From the NCBI RefSeq assembly GCF_964194155.1, contig NC_135896.1, positions 46,252,001-46,316,000 on the forward strand: a stretch of 64,000 nt of DNA, in the 5' to 3' direction. Under the pieces are notes generated by a model. The model was not told the DNA's origin, made no database searches, and worked only from the letters and a program-made list of their open reading frames with translations. The stretch comes from Cetorhinus maximus. Its lineage: Eukaryota. Below are positions 48,967 through 62,275 of this stretch, in pieces. How positions within the stretch are numbered: position 1 is the first letter of the stretch; the number at the start of each line of letters is the position of its first letter. The translations under genes were made by a program, and so were the position numbers.

Positions 48967-49724
48967 CATTGTCTACCACTTAAAATTGTTGACCTTAGGC
49001 AAGACATGAAAATAACCTTACAAAAAAACTTCTAAATTGAAACAGAGTTCAAATGAAAAAAATTTGCTTCAAATAGAAGCTGGGTATCTCTGGAGCAGGC
49101 TAATAACTATTAGTAGAATACTGAACTATCAGAGTTCAAATTCCAGCTTGACCAGCATTCCAACTTAGTAACACCAGGTGGTGAATTTTGCTCACTCTCA
49201 GCCAACCTGTAGAATAATCAAATCTCAGAGGCAAGAAAAAACAGAAGGCCAGTCCCAACCCAGAGAGATGCACATCTTACCAGCTGACTTTGCAGGTTAT
49301 TAGCAGTAGCCATGAGGAAAATTTACACTCCAGCCCATTCTGTTCTTCAGATGTGAAAGGAGCCCTGCTACCTACAGACTAGTTTCGCACCAATAACTAA
49401 TAAATAATGAAATGGATCAGCAGAAACAAGCTGCGTTATTATAGGGAATTATGTGATACATTATTGGCAGTAAATATGATTTTGGAAAGGATGGGGTGGG
49501 TGTGGGGAAAGAGAAACTGCTTGACCAAGTTGTTAAGTATTCCAACAAACTCCAGTTGAGTCTTCTAGATGGGGCAAGAGGCTTTGAGGGAATAGGAAGT
49601 GAACCATTTGTCAGAGTAGCCAGCCTCTGCCCTGCTTTTGTAGCTATGGTGTTGATATGGCTGGTGCAGTTATGCTTCTTCTCAATGGTGAACTCTTAAA
49701 ATGGTTAAGAATAAATACAGATGT

Positions 49725-50170
49725 TTTCCTATATTGGCTGAAATATTGAATATAGGAGCAGGGAGGTTATGCTAGAACTGTATAAAACACTAGGTAAACT
49801 GCAGCTAGAATTCTGGTCACCACTTTATAGAAATGAGGTGATTGCACTTTGAGAGAGTACAGACGAGATTTACAAGGATCTTGACAGTAGTGGAAAATTT
49901 TAGCTATGAGGAAAGATTAGCTATTTCTTTTGGAACACAGGGAGCTGTGGAGAGATGTAACTGGGATGTATAAAATTGAGGGGGTCTAGATAGAATGGAA
50001 AAGAAGGATTTATTTCTCTTGGCAGAGAGGTTATTGGCCAAGAGGCATAGGTTTAATATAATTGATAGAAGGATTAGAGGGGAGTTGAGGGGAAATATTT
50101 TCACCCAGAGGGTGGCAGGCCTCTAAAAATTACTGAATGAAAGAATAGATTAGAAACTCTCTTCACATCT
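49725..50170 (+). mobile_element. Old CR1 LINE fragment
   Basis: Similar to 11760-12220 (TATGCTAGAACTGTATAAAAC, TTTTAGCTATGAGG, TTTTCACCCAGAGGGTGG). Confidence 0.75.
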
Positions 50171-50474
50171 ACACCTAATCTGCCCTTTCCCTTTACAGAT
50201 AATGCTGTATACTTCCAACTTTTCTGATTTTATTTCAGATTTCCATCATGTGAAGTTACCATTTTTTTCAGCTTTCTATTTCTATATTTTAATCACTTCA
50301 CAATCAAGTCCTTACATATGTATTTAAAAAGCCGATTAGATATGCTAATTTTTAAAAGAATGTTTGTAGCTTAACGCATTACTCATGATGAATAAATATA
50401 TAAGGAAATAGTATAAATATGTTGGTGCAGTTTTCCAGAGTCATACCACACAGGCAGGTTTAATTTGTGATAAG

Positions 50475-51207
50475 GGCTGGAATCTTTCCGTCTGGAGTCT
50501 AAGTTCAGTAGTGGTCGTGGAATTAGGAGTGATTACCGCTGTGGGGCAGGATGGCTGACCACCTGCAATCTTGTGCCGTTCAGCTCATTACATATGTATC
50601 CGCGAGGAGGTCACCTATTCTCGCAACGGGGGCAGGCAGGAAGTTGCCGTCCATGCCATTACCACATGGGGTTGAAGGTCTGGGCGCCATATTTAAAGGG
50701 CGCCCGGACAGCCTGCACCATCCCTTCCACCTTTGACCGGTCACTGTTCCACCCTTTTCTGTTAACCCTTCCCTGGTCAACTTCCACTCAATGTGCACAG
50801 CCACCACACAGTCTCCAGCATAGGTCGGCATTTACAGATGCTCCCCCAAAGAGGGCAATGCAGCAGCAACTCACTATTAATCATGGAAGGAGACGGCCTC
50901 ACCAGGTCCAGGTCACTTATGTGCAGTTGTCAATGTGAACATTCTAATTTCTTACTGGTGGGGAACTTAATTTGAAAGGGAACTTTATTCCGGTGAGGTG
51001 GCCTTTTAATGAGCATGCATGACTTGCTAATGCATGCAAAAGGGCTTCCTGACATTGTTCGCCAGGAAGTTCAATTTGCCTTTAAACCCGAGAGCTTAAT
51101 TGTTGGATTTCATCTCGCCTTCAGGAAACTGATTTTTGGCCTCCTGCCAAATTATGCTCCCCCACCTGCCAAGCTTCCCGCAGCTGGCGGGACCAGAAGA
51201 TTCCCCC
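50475..51207. mobile_element. Harbinger-type MITE (different subfamily)
   Basis: GGCTGGAATCTT ... AAGATTCCCCC termini, flanked by AAG on both sides. Confidence 0.6.
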
Positions 51208-51224
51208 AAGTAATTGATTTCAAG

Positions 51225-51510
51225 GAGGACTTGTAGCGCAGTGGGTAGCATCCCTGCCTTTGAGCCGGAAGCTCTGTGTTCAAGTCCCACTCCAGGACTT
51301 GATGGCTAAGGAAGGTGCGTTGGTAATGTGGCCAAACAGGTTTGGCATCAACTTGTAAATTCTTCCAACATACGCCAATGGCGTAATTGGGAGTAACAGT
51401 GGGAAAGGTTCCTGGTCAGCCATGTGATGGAAAGAAATTGGAGTCTCTATCATCACTATCCATAGCTCCAGGCTGCAATATGTTTGTAAAAATGTATGTT
51501 GCCGCAGCAA
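51225..51510 (+). mobile_element. tRNA-derived SINE
   Basis: A-box TAGCGCAGTGGG and B-box GTTCAAGTCC, followed by a non-tRNA body. Confidence 0.65.
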
Positions 51511-52198
51511 CTCCGACTCTTTGGGTTGGCAGTTGGCTGGACGGCCAGCGTGGGTCAGATTGGTGCCAACTGCATGGGGTTCAATCGCTGTTCCAGCTGG
51601 GCTACATTTGGGGCCTGCTTCCTTGCCCTACCCATAGCATGTTTCCACTTGTGAGAATAAACACCTGCACATTTTATAGTGAATTGTATCTGCTGTTCGC
51701 CAAGCAAGTGCTCAATCCCACCATTATCACTTACCTAATAACCAATTCATGACTATGCGATTTTGGGAGAGAGGGATAAGCACACTCTCTTTTGGGTTAA
51801 TTTAATTCCAAGATGCCATATTTGGTAATGATAAATTGGAGTTAAGTCAACACACAATTTAACTCAATAGACCATTTAAGCCAAGCACGTTTGTAATACA
51901 GCATGGCATTATTGATGACTGGTCAGTCAGTCTAACTTAATAATTGGAACTGGAAATCGAGACCAGTTACAGGGGGGCTGGGAATCTTTGCATTGAACCA
52001 CAGATAACTCTGAAAGCAAATGTTAGCTGCATAAACTGTCATTAGCAACAGCAAGGTTACTAGTGTTGTTAAGCTGCATTGTATAAACCATCTACAATTC
52101 AGCGATGCCACTGTGCACACTTGGGTTGGAGGGGGCATGGGGAAGAGTGATTCACAAGCCTTCAGAGTGAAAGTGAGTGCATGCGTGCATGTGCGCGC

Positions 52199-52224
52199 GT
52201 GTGTGTGTGTGTGTGTGTGTGTGT
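52199..52224. repeat. (GT)n microsatellite
   Basis: Directly visible in the sequence. Confidence 0.95.
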
Positions 52225-53855
52225 ATTTTTCAGCAAGAATGGAGAAACACAATCTATAAGATTTCTCAATTGCCCACTTGAAATACTCAAATATGATGAT
52301 GGGTTCCAAGCTAACCAAAGATATAACTACGAACAATATTTAAGTTATCAACAGGCCTACTTAGTGATGCATTCACCATGAATAATGTTCCTCACTTGGT
52401 TACTAAATACTCCTGTAGAGAGTAATAAAAGCATATGAACTGGCCATTCAGTCCATTAAGTCCAATCCTTGAGTACAAACTCACCGGGGGCTTGAATGAT
52501 GCTAGAGTATGGTGTAACGTTTTGCTAAATTGAGGTCCCAGCCACATAATTCACTGCTCACTGGCTAATGTAATTTAATCATCTCGATCAACTACTGTTG
52601 TTCTATCTGAATGGAAAGTGGCTAACATCATGACTCCCCGTAAGGAATCAAAGTCAGACTCTGATAACTAGAAACGAGTATATCAGAGATCTTACAGAAG
52701 ACATAAGCAGCTTCCAAGCCATTTCTTCCCAAAATTTAATGCCTCAGACTTCGTGTAACCCCCCAGGGTGAAAATCTGGGGCGGTGGTGGGGGAGGGGTT
52801 TACAGGAGCTGTTGAGTGGGAGGTTGGGGCTGGACAGACAGCTTGTGCAATCATTATACTGCAGCACTTGAAGCATCTAATTACTCACAATAACGCCAAC
52901 TAAAATTTGATATATCATAAAATCTATATTGTAAATTGGACTCTCACATAATTAACTCTAATTCTCTTTATAAGTTTATAATTCTTAGCTACATAAAATT
53001 TTGAAGTTCCATTTCTGTGTGTACATGACATTTGATATAGATGACTGGAAATGTCATGCAAAGCCAGATTTTATGATAATCACCACAATAGGGTTTTTGG
53101 TATGCACAACAGATCAGTGTGATATATAGTCATTAAGGTTTTTCCTCCCCTACAAAAATATTATGGCTCATAAAACTTTTAGTAAGCATTAATATATATA
53201 TTTTTAAAACTGCGCATGTATATCTCTCAAATTTGCACAAGCTTGGGCTGTTGCAATGACAGAAGAGGTGACAGAAGAGCATGTTGCATCTATCTTAATA
53301 TCCAGAATGTGGCTGTGTGTTAGTTTGGCATTGAATAATGAGTAGGGGGTGTTGATGAAAAGGCAGGGTTTCTATGCTCAAAGAAAGTCTAGTCTCCTCA
53401 TTTCAAGGTCTTTGGTCCCAAGCTTACTGAATGTTGATTCCAAATGTTGATCTTTGTATGAAGGACTTTCTGAAATCAATTCCAAAAGATGCAGTTTCCA
53501 ACCTTTTCTGAAAGTTAATGTCAAACATGCAGCACTGGCAAGGTTCCAATATGTAGATAAGGAATGGGAGTGGATCCTTGGGGTATTCTTGACGTGATGA
53601 ATGCTGGAGTGAGAGGAGAAGCCACTGCAGGAAATTTGCTGGGAAGTGCTTAGGAATTCATTTTAAGGCCTTAAACAATTTTTGGCCTCGGGGAGTCATT
53701 CCGGAAAATACATCAAATAAATGTGGTCTCTAATTCAAACTCTTCTTTCTGTTAATGTGGGTTTACCTCAGGATTCTTTGGCTTCTTAGCCTACAAGAGA
53801 TCCTGTTGGAGGCAATGGTCTTTTGTTAAAAAACATTTATTTACATGCTAACTAT

Positions 53856-54039
53856 TTGAGTGCTGCTGAAAAAGAGCCATGTCTAAGCTTATTGTCTTGC
53901 ACTCATCGGGACACTTCTCAAGAATACTAATATATGGGGAAAACAATGTTGTTTTCCCCATAAATTAGTATTCTTGAGACGTGTCCTGATTAGTGCAGGA
54001 TGCTAAGCTTAGACATGGCTCTTTTTTAGCAATACTTAA
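53856..54039. repeat. ~184-bp palindrome (91-bp arms, 2-nt centre) with degenerate hammerhead motifs
   Basis: Arms pair in register around 53947-53948. The right arm has TGTC-CTGATTA-GTGCAGGAT-GCTA-AGCT-TA-GACA. Confidence 0.85.
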
Positions 54040-54364
54040 GATTGTTTTCTTCTGAGAAGATTGTATTGTAGATGAAAATGTCAAGGTCGTGGCAACACCA
54101 GAAAATTACAGAAGGAAAGGCATACAAAGCAAATCCATCACCTAATTAAAAGACAAAATTAAGGGCAAGCTCAGAGTAACTGCTTCTACACCTTGATAGA
54201 TGCAATTACCTTACCCTGGTACATCTTCTGGAGGCTGGCCAAAGTAGTTTCTATATAATGCATTGCAACCACGATGGGGTCGGTTAGCTCTGTTGGCTAG
54301 AGTGTGGTGCAGATTAACGCCAACAGAATGGGTTCAATACCTTTTACGGCTGAGGTTATTCAAA

Positions 54365-54775
54365 ACTCTATTTCCCAGAGACCTAACTCACCCCTGTGCT
54401 TGCTGACCTACATTGGTGCCTTGCCAAGCAACACCTTGATTTTAAAATTCTTATCTTTGTTTTCAAATCCCTCTTTGGCCTTGCTCCTCCCTACAGTATT
54501 TCCAATCTCCCCCCAGCCCTACAGCTCTCCAAGATAGCTGCACTGCTCGAATTATGGCCTCTTGAGGAGCTCTGATTTTAATTGCTTTACCATTGGCAGC
54601 CATGCCTTCAGCTGCCAGGGCTCTAGAACTCTGGAATTTTCTCTCCAAAACTCCCTGCCCCACTATTCTCCTTTAAGACACTCTTTAATACTTAATTCTC
54701 TGATCAAACTTGGCCATTTGCCCTAATATTGTGTTACATAGCTCAGTGTTAAATTTTGCTTCACATAAATACAAG
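54365..54775 (+). mobile_element. L2/CR1-type LINE 3' fragment, preceded by a SINE-head remnant at ~54275-54360
   Basis: TCACCCCTGTGCTTGCTGACCTACATTGG (ITPVL.DLHW), TTTAAAATTCTT, GCCTTCAGCTGCC..CTCTGGAAT. Confidence 0.65.
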
Positions 54776-55749
54776 TAATTATTTTTACTAAGGCCCACCT
54801 TCTTACAGAAATAACAAATGACTTCTCAGAACAAAGATATACTGAATACTGCCTATTGACACCACTGTGAGCACCAATGAATTGGCGCAGGGGCAGAACT
54901 AACTGCGGGACACACAGCTATGCCCATTTTACAGAAAACAAAGTCTATTTTTTCAAAGAGAGTGTCTATCCAAACAGTGCACTGTAGCAAACAATCCACA
55001 GACTCAAAGGCTCACTGGGACAGGTTAAGTAAGTGCAGGGGCGGAATTGTGGACAGGGAACCCGGAAGTCTGTGTTTTCCAGTGAGTTGTGGAGCTTTAA
55101 TTCCACAGCATGTGTCCTTTTGTTCAACTGGTTTCCTGCCAGAAGTCAGGCTGATTGGGAAGTGTGGCTTTCAATTGGGCGGGAAGCACTTTGGAGTTTA
55201 CTACCTGGTCAGGTATGTCTGATCCCTGACCTGGGGCTGGGTGAGGGGCATGGGGATCCAATCTTGCCCCCAGGGGCCTTTTTATTGGAGGGTGGGGCAG
55301 CAATGTACCCTCTAAGTTTTTTATAGTGCACAAGTGATTTGTGTAAATTCACAGGTCATTTAAATATTTCTGTGCGTATCTTAAAGGACTGGAGGGAAGC
55401 ACTCTTGTGACTCCTGGCCTACAAGTAGCATTATAAAGGCACTCACCTTCTCTCTGAGGCTCTCCTCACATTGCTTCAGCTGCTGGGTTTCTTGAAGCCT
55501 GGGAATACCTGCTTTGAAAACCTGCAAAACGGGTTAAATCAGAGCTGCCAGCCTTATTAACATATTTAAAATGCCAAACCACCACCTGGGAATGGATTAG
55601 TTGCCTGCCCCTTACCTCACCTTGGTAAAGCCTGGAAATCAGCAGGCTGGAGCCAGCTTTCTGACATACTTGGAATTTTTCCCCATTAACACCCACATCA
55701 GCACCCAATCCCATGTGTTCACCCATGTTAAAATTCCTCCAGAGCCTCT

Positions 55750-58669
55750 ATGAACTAGAAGAAATAGTAATCAAATTTGGGAAGATCTGGTAAATCAAAG
55801 AGCAGAGACAAGGCAAAAGAAAAAGGTATTATTACTGGAAATGTAAAACAGACTGTGACAGGAAGGGATAGAGAGTACAAATCTAACAGTAAATCAACAG
55901 AGGAAACTAGAGCTTATAAAAAGAATGAAAGGATAAAACTAAAAGCTCTGTATCTGAATGCACGTAGCATTCGAAAGAAAACAGATGAACTGAGAGCGCG
56001 CATAGAAATAAATAATTACGATTTGATAGCCATTGCAGAGACATGGCTGCAGGAGGACATGGATTGGGACCTGAATATTGAAAGGTACAGGATATTAGGA
56101 AGGGCAGGAAGCGAGGGAAAGGTGAAGGGGTGGCTCTGTTAGTTAATGATGGTATTAGCACAATAGGGAGGGATGACCTAAGTTCAGGAAACCAGGATGT
56201 GGAAACGGTTTGGGTAGAGATGTGAAAAGGTAAAGGCAAGAAGTCACTTGTGGGAGTCGTGTACAGGCTTCTAATAGTAACCACATGGTAGGCTGGAACA
56301 TAAAGGAAGAAATAATTGGAGCTTGTCAGAAAGGCGATAATCATGGGAGATTTTAATTTACATATAGACTGGAAAAGTCAGATGGGCAAAGATAGTCTAG
56401 ATGAAGAGTACATTGAATGTTTTGAGGATAGTTTCTTAGAACTGCATGTTCTGGAGCCAACCAGAGAAGCTATACTAGACCTGGTATTGTGCAATGAGAA
56501 GGGAGTAATCAATGATCTCATAGCGAAGGTGTCCCTAGGCAGCAGCAATAACAATTTGATTGAATTTTACATTCAGTTTGAGGGAGAGAGGAGTGGGACT
56601 GAGAGTATGTTTTTAAACTTAAATAAGGGCAATTATGAAGGCATGAAAACTGAGCTGGCTAAAGTGAATTGGAAAATTAGGTCAAGGGATAGGTCAATAG
56701 AGATGCAGTGGCTAATATTTAAGGGGGTATTCCAGAATGCACAGAATAGATACATTCCGATGTAAGAAAAAGTACAAGGGTCAGACACACCATCCATAGT
56801 TAAGTAGAAAGGTTACAAATAGTACTTAAAGAAAAAGCATATAATTGTGCATAGACAGGTGGCAGGTCAGAAGATTGCACAGAATATAAGGAACAGTAAA
56901 GAATGACTAAAAGGCTAATAAGGAGGGGAAAATTAGAGTATGAGAGAAAGCTAGCCAGAAATATAAAAACCGATAGTAAGAGTTTTATAAATATTTTAAA
57001 AATTAGTTAACAAAATGAGCTTTGGTCCTATAGAAAGTGAGGCTGGAGAATTGATAATGGAAAACAAGGAGATGGCAGATGAATTGAACAAGTATTTTGC
57101 ATCAGTTTTCACTATAGAGGATACAAATAAAATCCCAGAAGCAGCTATAAACCAGGAGATGGAAGGGAGGGAGGAACTCAGGAAAATTACAATTACCGGT
57201 GAAGTGGTACTGATTAAATTGTTGGAGCTGCGGGCTGACAAGAGCCCAGGTCCTGATGGACTTTGTCCTAGGGTCTTAAAAGAAGTGTCTGGTGAGGTAG
57301 TTAATGCATTGGTTTTAATTTTCCAAAACTCCCTAGATTTGGGGAAGGTCCCATTAGATTGGAAGATAGCAAATGCAACTCCATTATTCAAAAAGGGAGG
57401 GAGACAGAAAGTGGGAAACTACAGGCCAGTTAGCTTAACATCTGTTGTAAGAAAAATATTAGAAGCTACTATTAAAACAGTTATAGCAGGACACTTGGAT
57501 AAGCTCAAGGTCATCGGGCAGAATCGACCTGGTTTTGTGAAAGGCAAATTGTGTTTAACCAACTTATTGGAGTTCTTTCATGTGCTGTGAATAAAAGGGA
57601 GCCAGTGGATGTACTGTACTTAGATTTCCAGAAGGCATTTGACAAAGTGCCACATCAAACGTTGGCAAGATGTAACGAGTGGTGTGCCACAGAGATCAGT
57701 TCTGGGACCTCAACTGTTTAAAATTTATATAAATCACTTGGATGAAGGGATGGCTGCCCCAAGTTTGCTCATGACACAACGGTAGGTAGGAAAGTAAGTT
57801 GTGAAGAGGACATAAGGAGGCTACAAAAAGACATAGATAGGTTAAATGATTGGGCAAAGATCTGGAAAATGGAGTATAATATGGGAAAATGTGAGGTTGA
57901 ACATTTAGGCAGGAAGAATAAAAGAGAATTCTATTATCTAAATGGTGAGAGATTACAGAGCTCTGAGGTGCAGAGGGATCTGGGTGTCCAAGTGCATGAA
58001 TCAGAAAAGGCGAGAATGCAGGTAGAGCAAGTAATTAGGAAAGCTAATAGAATGTTATAATTTATTGTGAGGGAAATTAAATACAAAAGTAGGGGGGTTA
58101 TGCATCAATTGGACAGGGCACTAGTGAGACCACATTTGGTGTACTGTGTACAGTATTGGTCACCTTATTTAAGGAAGGATGTAAATGCATTGGATGCAGT
58201 TCAGAGAAGGTTTACCAGGCTAATACCTGGAATGGGTGGGTTGTCTTATGGGGAAAGGTTGGACAGAATAGTCTTGTATCAGCTGGAGTTTAGAAGAGTA
58301 AGGGGCGACTTGATTGAAACCTTTAAGATCCTGAGGGGTCTTGACAGGGTGGATGTGGAGACAATGTTTCCTCTTGTGGGAGAATCTAGAACTAGAGGTC
58401 ACTGTTTAAAAATATGGGGTCGGCCATTGTCAGAGATTTTTCACTCAAAGGGTCATGAGTCTTTGAAGCTCTCTTCCTGAAAAGGTGGTGGAAGGAGAGT
58501 CTTTGAATATTTTAAGGCAGCTTGGTAAGCAAGGGGGTGATAGGTTATCAGGGATAGGTGGGATACAGATTTCAGGTTACTATCAGATCAGTTATGACCT
58601 TATTAAATGACAGAGTAGGCTTGAGAGGCTGAATGGCCTACTCCTGCTCCTTGTTCGTATGTTCGTATC
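55750..58669 (+). mobile_element. CR1 LINE including APE endonuclease and RT, degenerate with an internal deletion
   Basis: YLNARSI, AETWL, MGDFN, ILDLVL, KSPGPDG, NYRPVSLTS, DFQKAFD; tail GTTCGTATGTTCGTAT. Confidence 0.93.
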
Positions 58670-61097
58670 ATGACCAAAACTACAGCAACATCACCCAATA
58701 AAGGCAACATGATTTCACTGGCAAACTGTAGTGGGTGGAGGATAGTTAAAAGTGTACAAATATGTGGGTAAAAATCTCTCCCAGTCACCTAGAGGCATGA
58801 TTGACGGGGGAATTATCCAATCACCTCCATTCTCGCTAGGTATATAGTTGTCACCAAATGCAGCTGATACTTCTTTTCCTTTTTATACTGTGCTAGCAGT
58901 GTCATCAAGATAACACGGACATTTCAAAATATGCATCAGTAGATCCTAAGCTAACAGTGGGTTCTCAACACAGTTCAAGATATGCTTGTGGCTCCAGATA
59001 TCCATGAAACTCCTGATTTGAAATGGTATTTCTTGGATTTTCCGATTGCAGCTCTTTATCAGAAGCTGTCTTAGCTTGCATTTATATAATGATGGACCTT
59101 ACTTCCGATTTTCTTATGGTCAGATCTATTTCACTTCATTGCTTGATGTTTCCTCATCAGTTTCCAATAGTCTACACATTTAAAAATTGAGTGAAGATAT
59201 TGTCCAAACATCAGGCAGGAATTTTCGGTCCCGCCAGCAGTAGGCGTCATGGCAGGCGAGACGGGAAAACATGGAGAAGCCAGTTTCCCGCCGACATATA
59301 AAATAGATTGCAATTTTCTGCTCCCGACTTTCGTGGGTTGGCTAGCCTGTGTGCCATGTCGGGAACCACATTTGAATATCATGAATATTCATTAAGGAGG
59401 CAGCTTGCCAGAATCACGTCCCCACTTCAGACCAAACGGTCATGCCAATGGCTACTTAGGCCAGCGTGAACCACAACCGGGTATAAGTGACGTTCACCTA
59501 CTGACCACCACTTCACTTGTGACCTTGAGGTGTGTTCACCTACCTTTCATTGCGCTGTGCTTGCAGCTGCTCCGACTCCATGCCAAGACTGTGCAAGCAT
59601 GGCCAGCGGGACCCCAAAGGAGAGTCAGAGCCAAGGCTTACCAGGCCACACCACCGTGACGGTGGAAGGCAGGGGGAGAGGCAGCGGAGCGTGAAGGATT
59701 AAATGGGGGAGGGGGCGGGGAGGTGAGACAAGACAGAGGCAAGGGAAGGGGCTGCAGGGCGAAGGCATGATTGGGGGGGTGGGGCATGACTGGGGAAGAG
59801 AGCACACAGACACATGACTGGGATTGCGAGGGGGAGAATTAGTCAGCCAGAAAGCAGAGACAGTCCTGGACAGTTGCACAACAATTTAGAGAGCCGTGCT
59901 TGGCATGCCTGTCCTGGCCCCAGTTCAGGGAAGGGGAGAGACTCAGTCTTGTCTCAGTCATGCCCAGTATGGTGTGCAGGGTGTGGCCAGTCCCTCACAC
60001 ATTTGTCCTGGGGGTTGGTGGCTTGAAACTGGACTGCCGACGGCACAGTCACAGTCAGGGGAGGCATCTGCAGCCTGTAGATGGGAACAGGTAATGTGGG
60101 AGGGGGCACGCGATGGTCTCATTGGAGAGTGGGGGGGGGGGGGATGTCTCTAAGTCACAGTGCAATGGGCCTCAAGATGGGAAGGGGTCAGGTCTACATG
60201 GGTCATTGGGACATCACCAATAAACGCTTTGCAGGGGGAGGAGAGGGATATCAACCACACTAACAATGGGATCAAGGATTAGAGGCGGAGGAAGGAGTGT
60301 GATTGGAGGGAGGGGGACATGAAGATGATGCTCCTCCAGAATGGTGGGAGGGATTTCGACAAGCTATGAAAAAAATTGCATGTGGAGGGCTGGCAGGGCT
60401 TGTGGGAGGAGTTGACTACTGCACTTGTGAGCCGATTGAAGGGGTACCCAGCTAATTTCCCCTTTACCAAATGGAGAGGAAGGCATGGCTAGGAGATTTT
60501 AGGAACAGTCAAATGCCAATTTAGGCAACGTGGTGCCTTAAATCATGTTGCACATTCTTGCTCGAGTATAAACCCAACTGGGGCCATTGTAGGATTGGCT
60601 TCCAAAGACCTTTTGGCTCTCTCTTGGGAAATCCTGAGTGTCAGAAGGGACCAACTGAAAAAGGGCCATGGGCCAAAATGCATATGCCTAATGGTCCTAG
60701 CAACTCTAAACCTTGCAGCTGGCAGGTTAAGATTTTGAAGGCCCCCTCCTCCACAATACCCTCATAAAATGAGTGCAACTTGGGGCTATTGTGTAATCCA
60801 AAGGATACAGTCTGACAGTGCCCTGACTGAGGCTACTCTCGCCTGGCAGAACTCAGTCAGATCCAAGCCCCTGTCAGCCTTTGTCATTTGAGGGGAGGGG
60901 TATTGTGGGGGGTTTGGGGTAGTGGGTTCTCTACTGGCGGCCCAAGAAGGCTGTAATAGCGCTCCAAGGGACTCAGTGGGGATATAATGGCTGGTATAAA
61001 AGTGACCCATGGGCTCCACAATGACTCCCTTGTTAGCCAATAGAAGGTGGCCATGGCAGGCTTATGTTCATTCATGTTTCTGCAGATATGAGCATGA

Positions 61098-62275
61098 GTG
61101 CCTTATGGATTGACCAGGCTACATGGTCTTTATCCTGGTAATCAGGCAACTAAGGAGGAGAAGGGCCTGTCACCAATAGGCAGGGGTAAGGGAAGAGGCC
61201 CCCTCAAAACCCAGAAGCTGAGGCTGACAGAACCATGGAGCAGAGGAGCCTGGGAAGACCAAGGGTGTACAGAAGATGACTCATACCTCCAGATGAGCAA
61301 GAGACAGTGTCGTAGATGCCTTCACATCTGTAGGGATGTGGTGTCTCACATCTGCCACATTCTCCGGGAGGGGTTGATGTCGCAGGGACTAGGAGGATCC
61401 CATTTCCAGTGGCTCTAAAAGTCACAGCTGCTCTGAACTTCTTCACGAGTGGCTCATTAAAGGGCTCCACTGGGGACCTCTGCGGGATTTCTCAAGCATC
61501 TGCTCACAAATGCATTTGAGTGATTATGGACGCCCTATTTAGCAAGGCACACAATTACATCCAGTTTTCTCTGGATGAAGCCAAGCCTGGTTGCAAGAGC
61601 AGTGGGATTTGTAATGACCTCTGAATTCTCAAAGGTGGAGGGTATCATCCACTGCACTCATATGGATTTAAAAGCTCCCTGCGAAAGGCCACTATAATTC
61701 GTTAACAGGAAAGGGTTCCACTCTCTCAATGTGCAGCTTGTCTGAAGCAGAAGTAGAAAATACAGGTATGTGCGAGATACCTTGGAAACTCCCATGACGC
61801 ATACACCAAGTCACTCGCAGGTGCCACAGATCTTCGAGGGCCCTAAGTGCATCCAGGTTTGGCTCCTTGGTGATAAAGGCTACTCGCAAAGGATATGGTT
61901 GATAACATCTGATTGTCGGCCACAAAGTGCCTCAGAGGACTGGTATAACACTGCTCATTCTGTAACAAGCTCATTGGTTGAAGATGTGTTTCTGATGTCT
62001 GACCAGGTCATGCGCTGCTCTCCAGTATTCTTCCCAAAAGGTCTCATGGATCATCATGGATTGCTATGCTCTACACAACCTGGTGCTCCAAAGGGGAGCG
62101 ACTTGCCAGAATGAGAGATGGAGGAGCTGCACGTCTCCTCCGATGGTGGGGGTGTCAAAGGGGCTGAGCTCGATGAGGTTCCAGAGGAAGAGGCCATAGC
62201 GGGGGCCAGATGAGGCAGGTGTGCATGTGACATGCTTATAGCCGCCAGGCTCCAGGAGAATGATGACGACTAGCT
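61098..62275 (+). pseudogene. Harbinger transposase pseudogene
   Basis: [75 protein letters not shown]. Many lesions. Confidence 0.88.

Noticed and set aside
55039-55740. Possible older MITE (GGGCGGAATT ... AATTCCTCC)
   Set aside because: The termini are too degenerate to fix TIRs or a TSD confidently.
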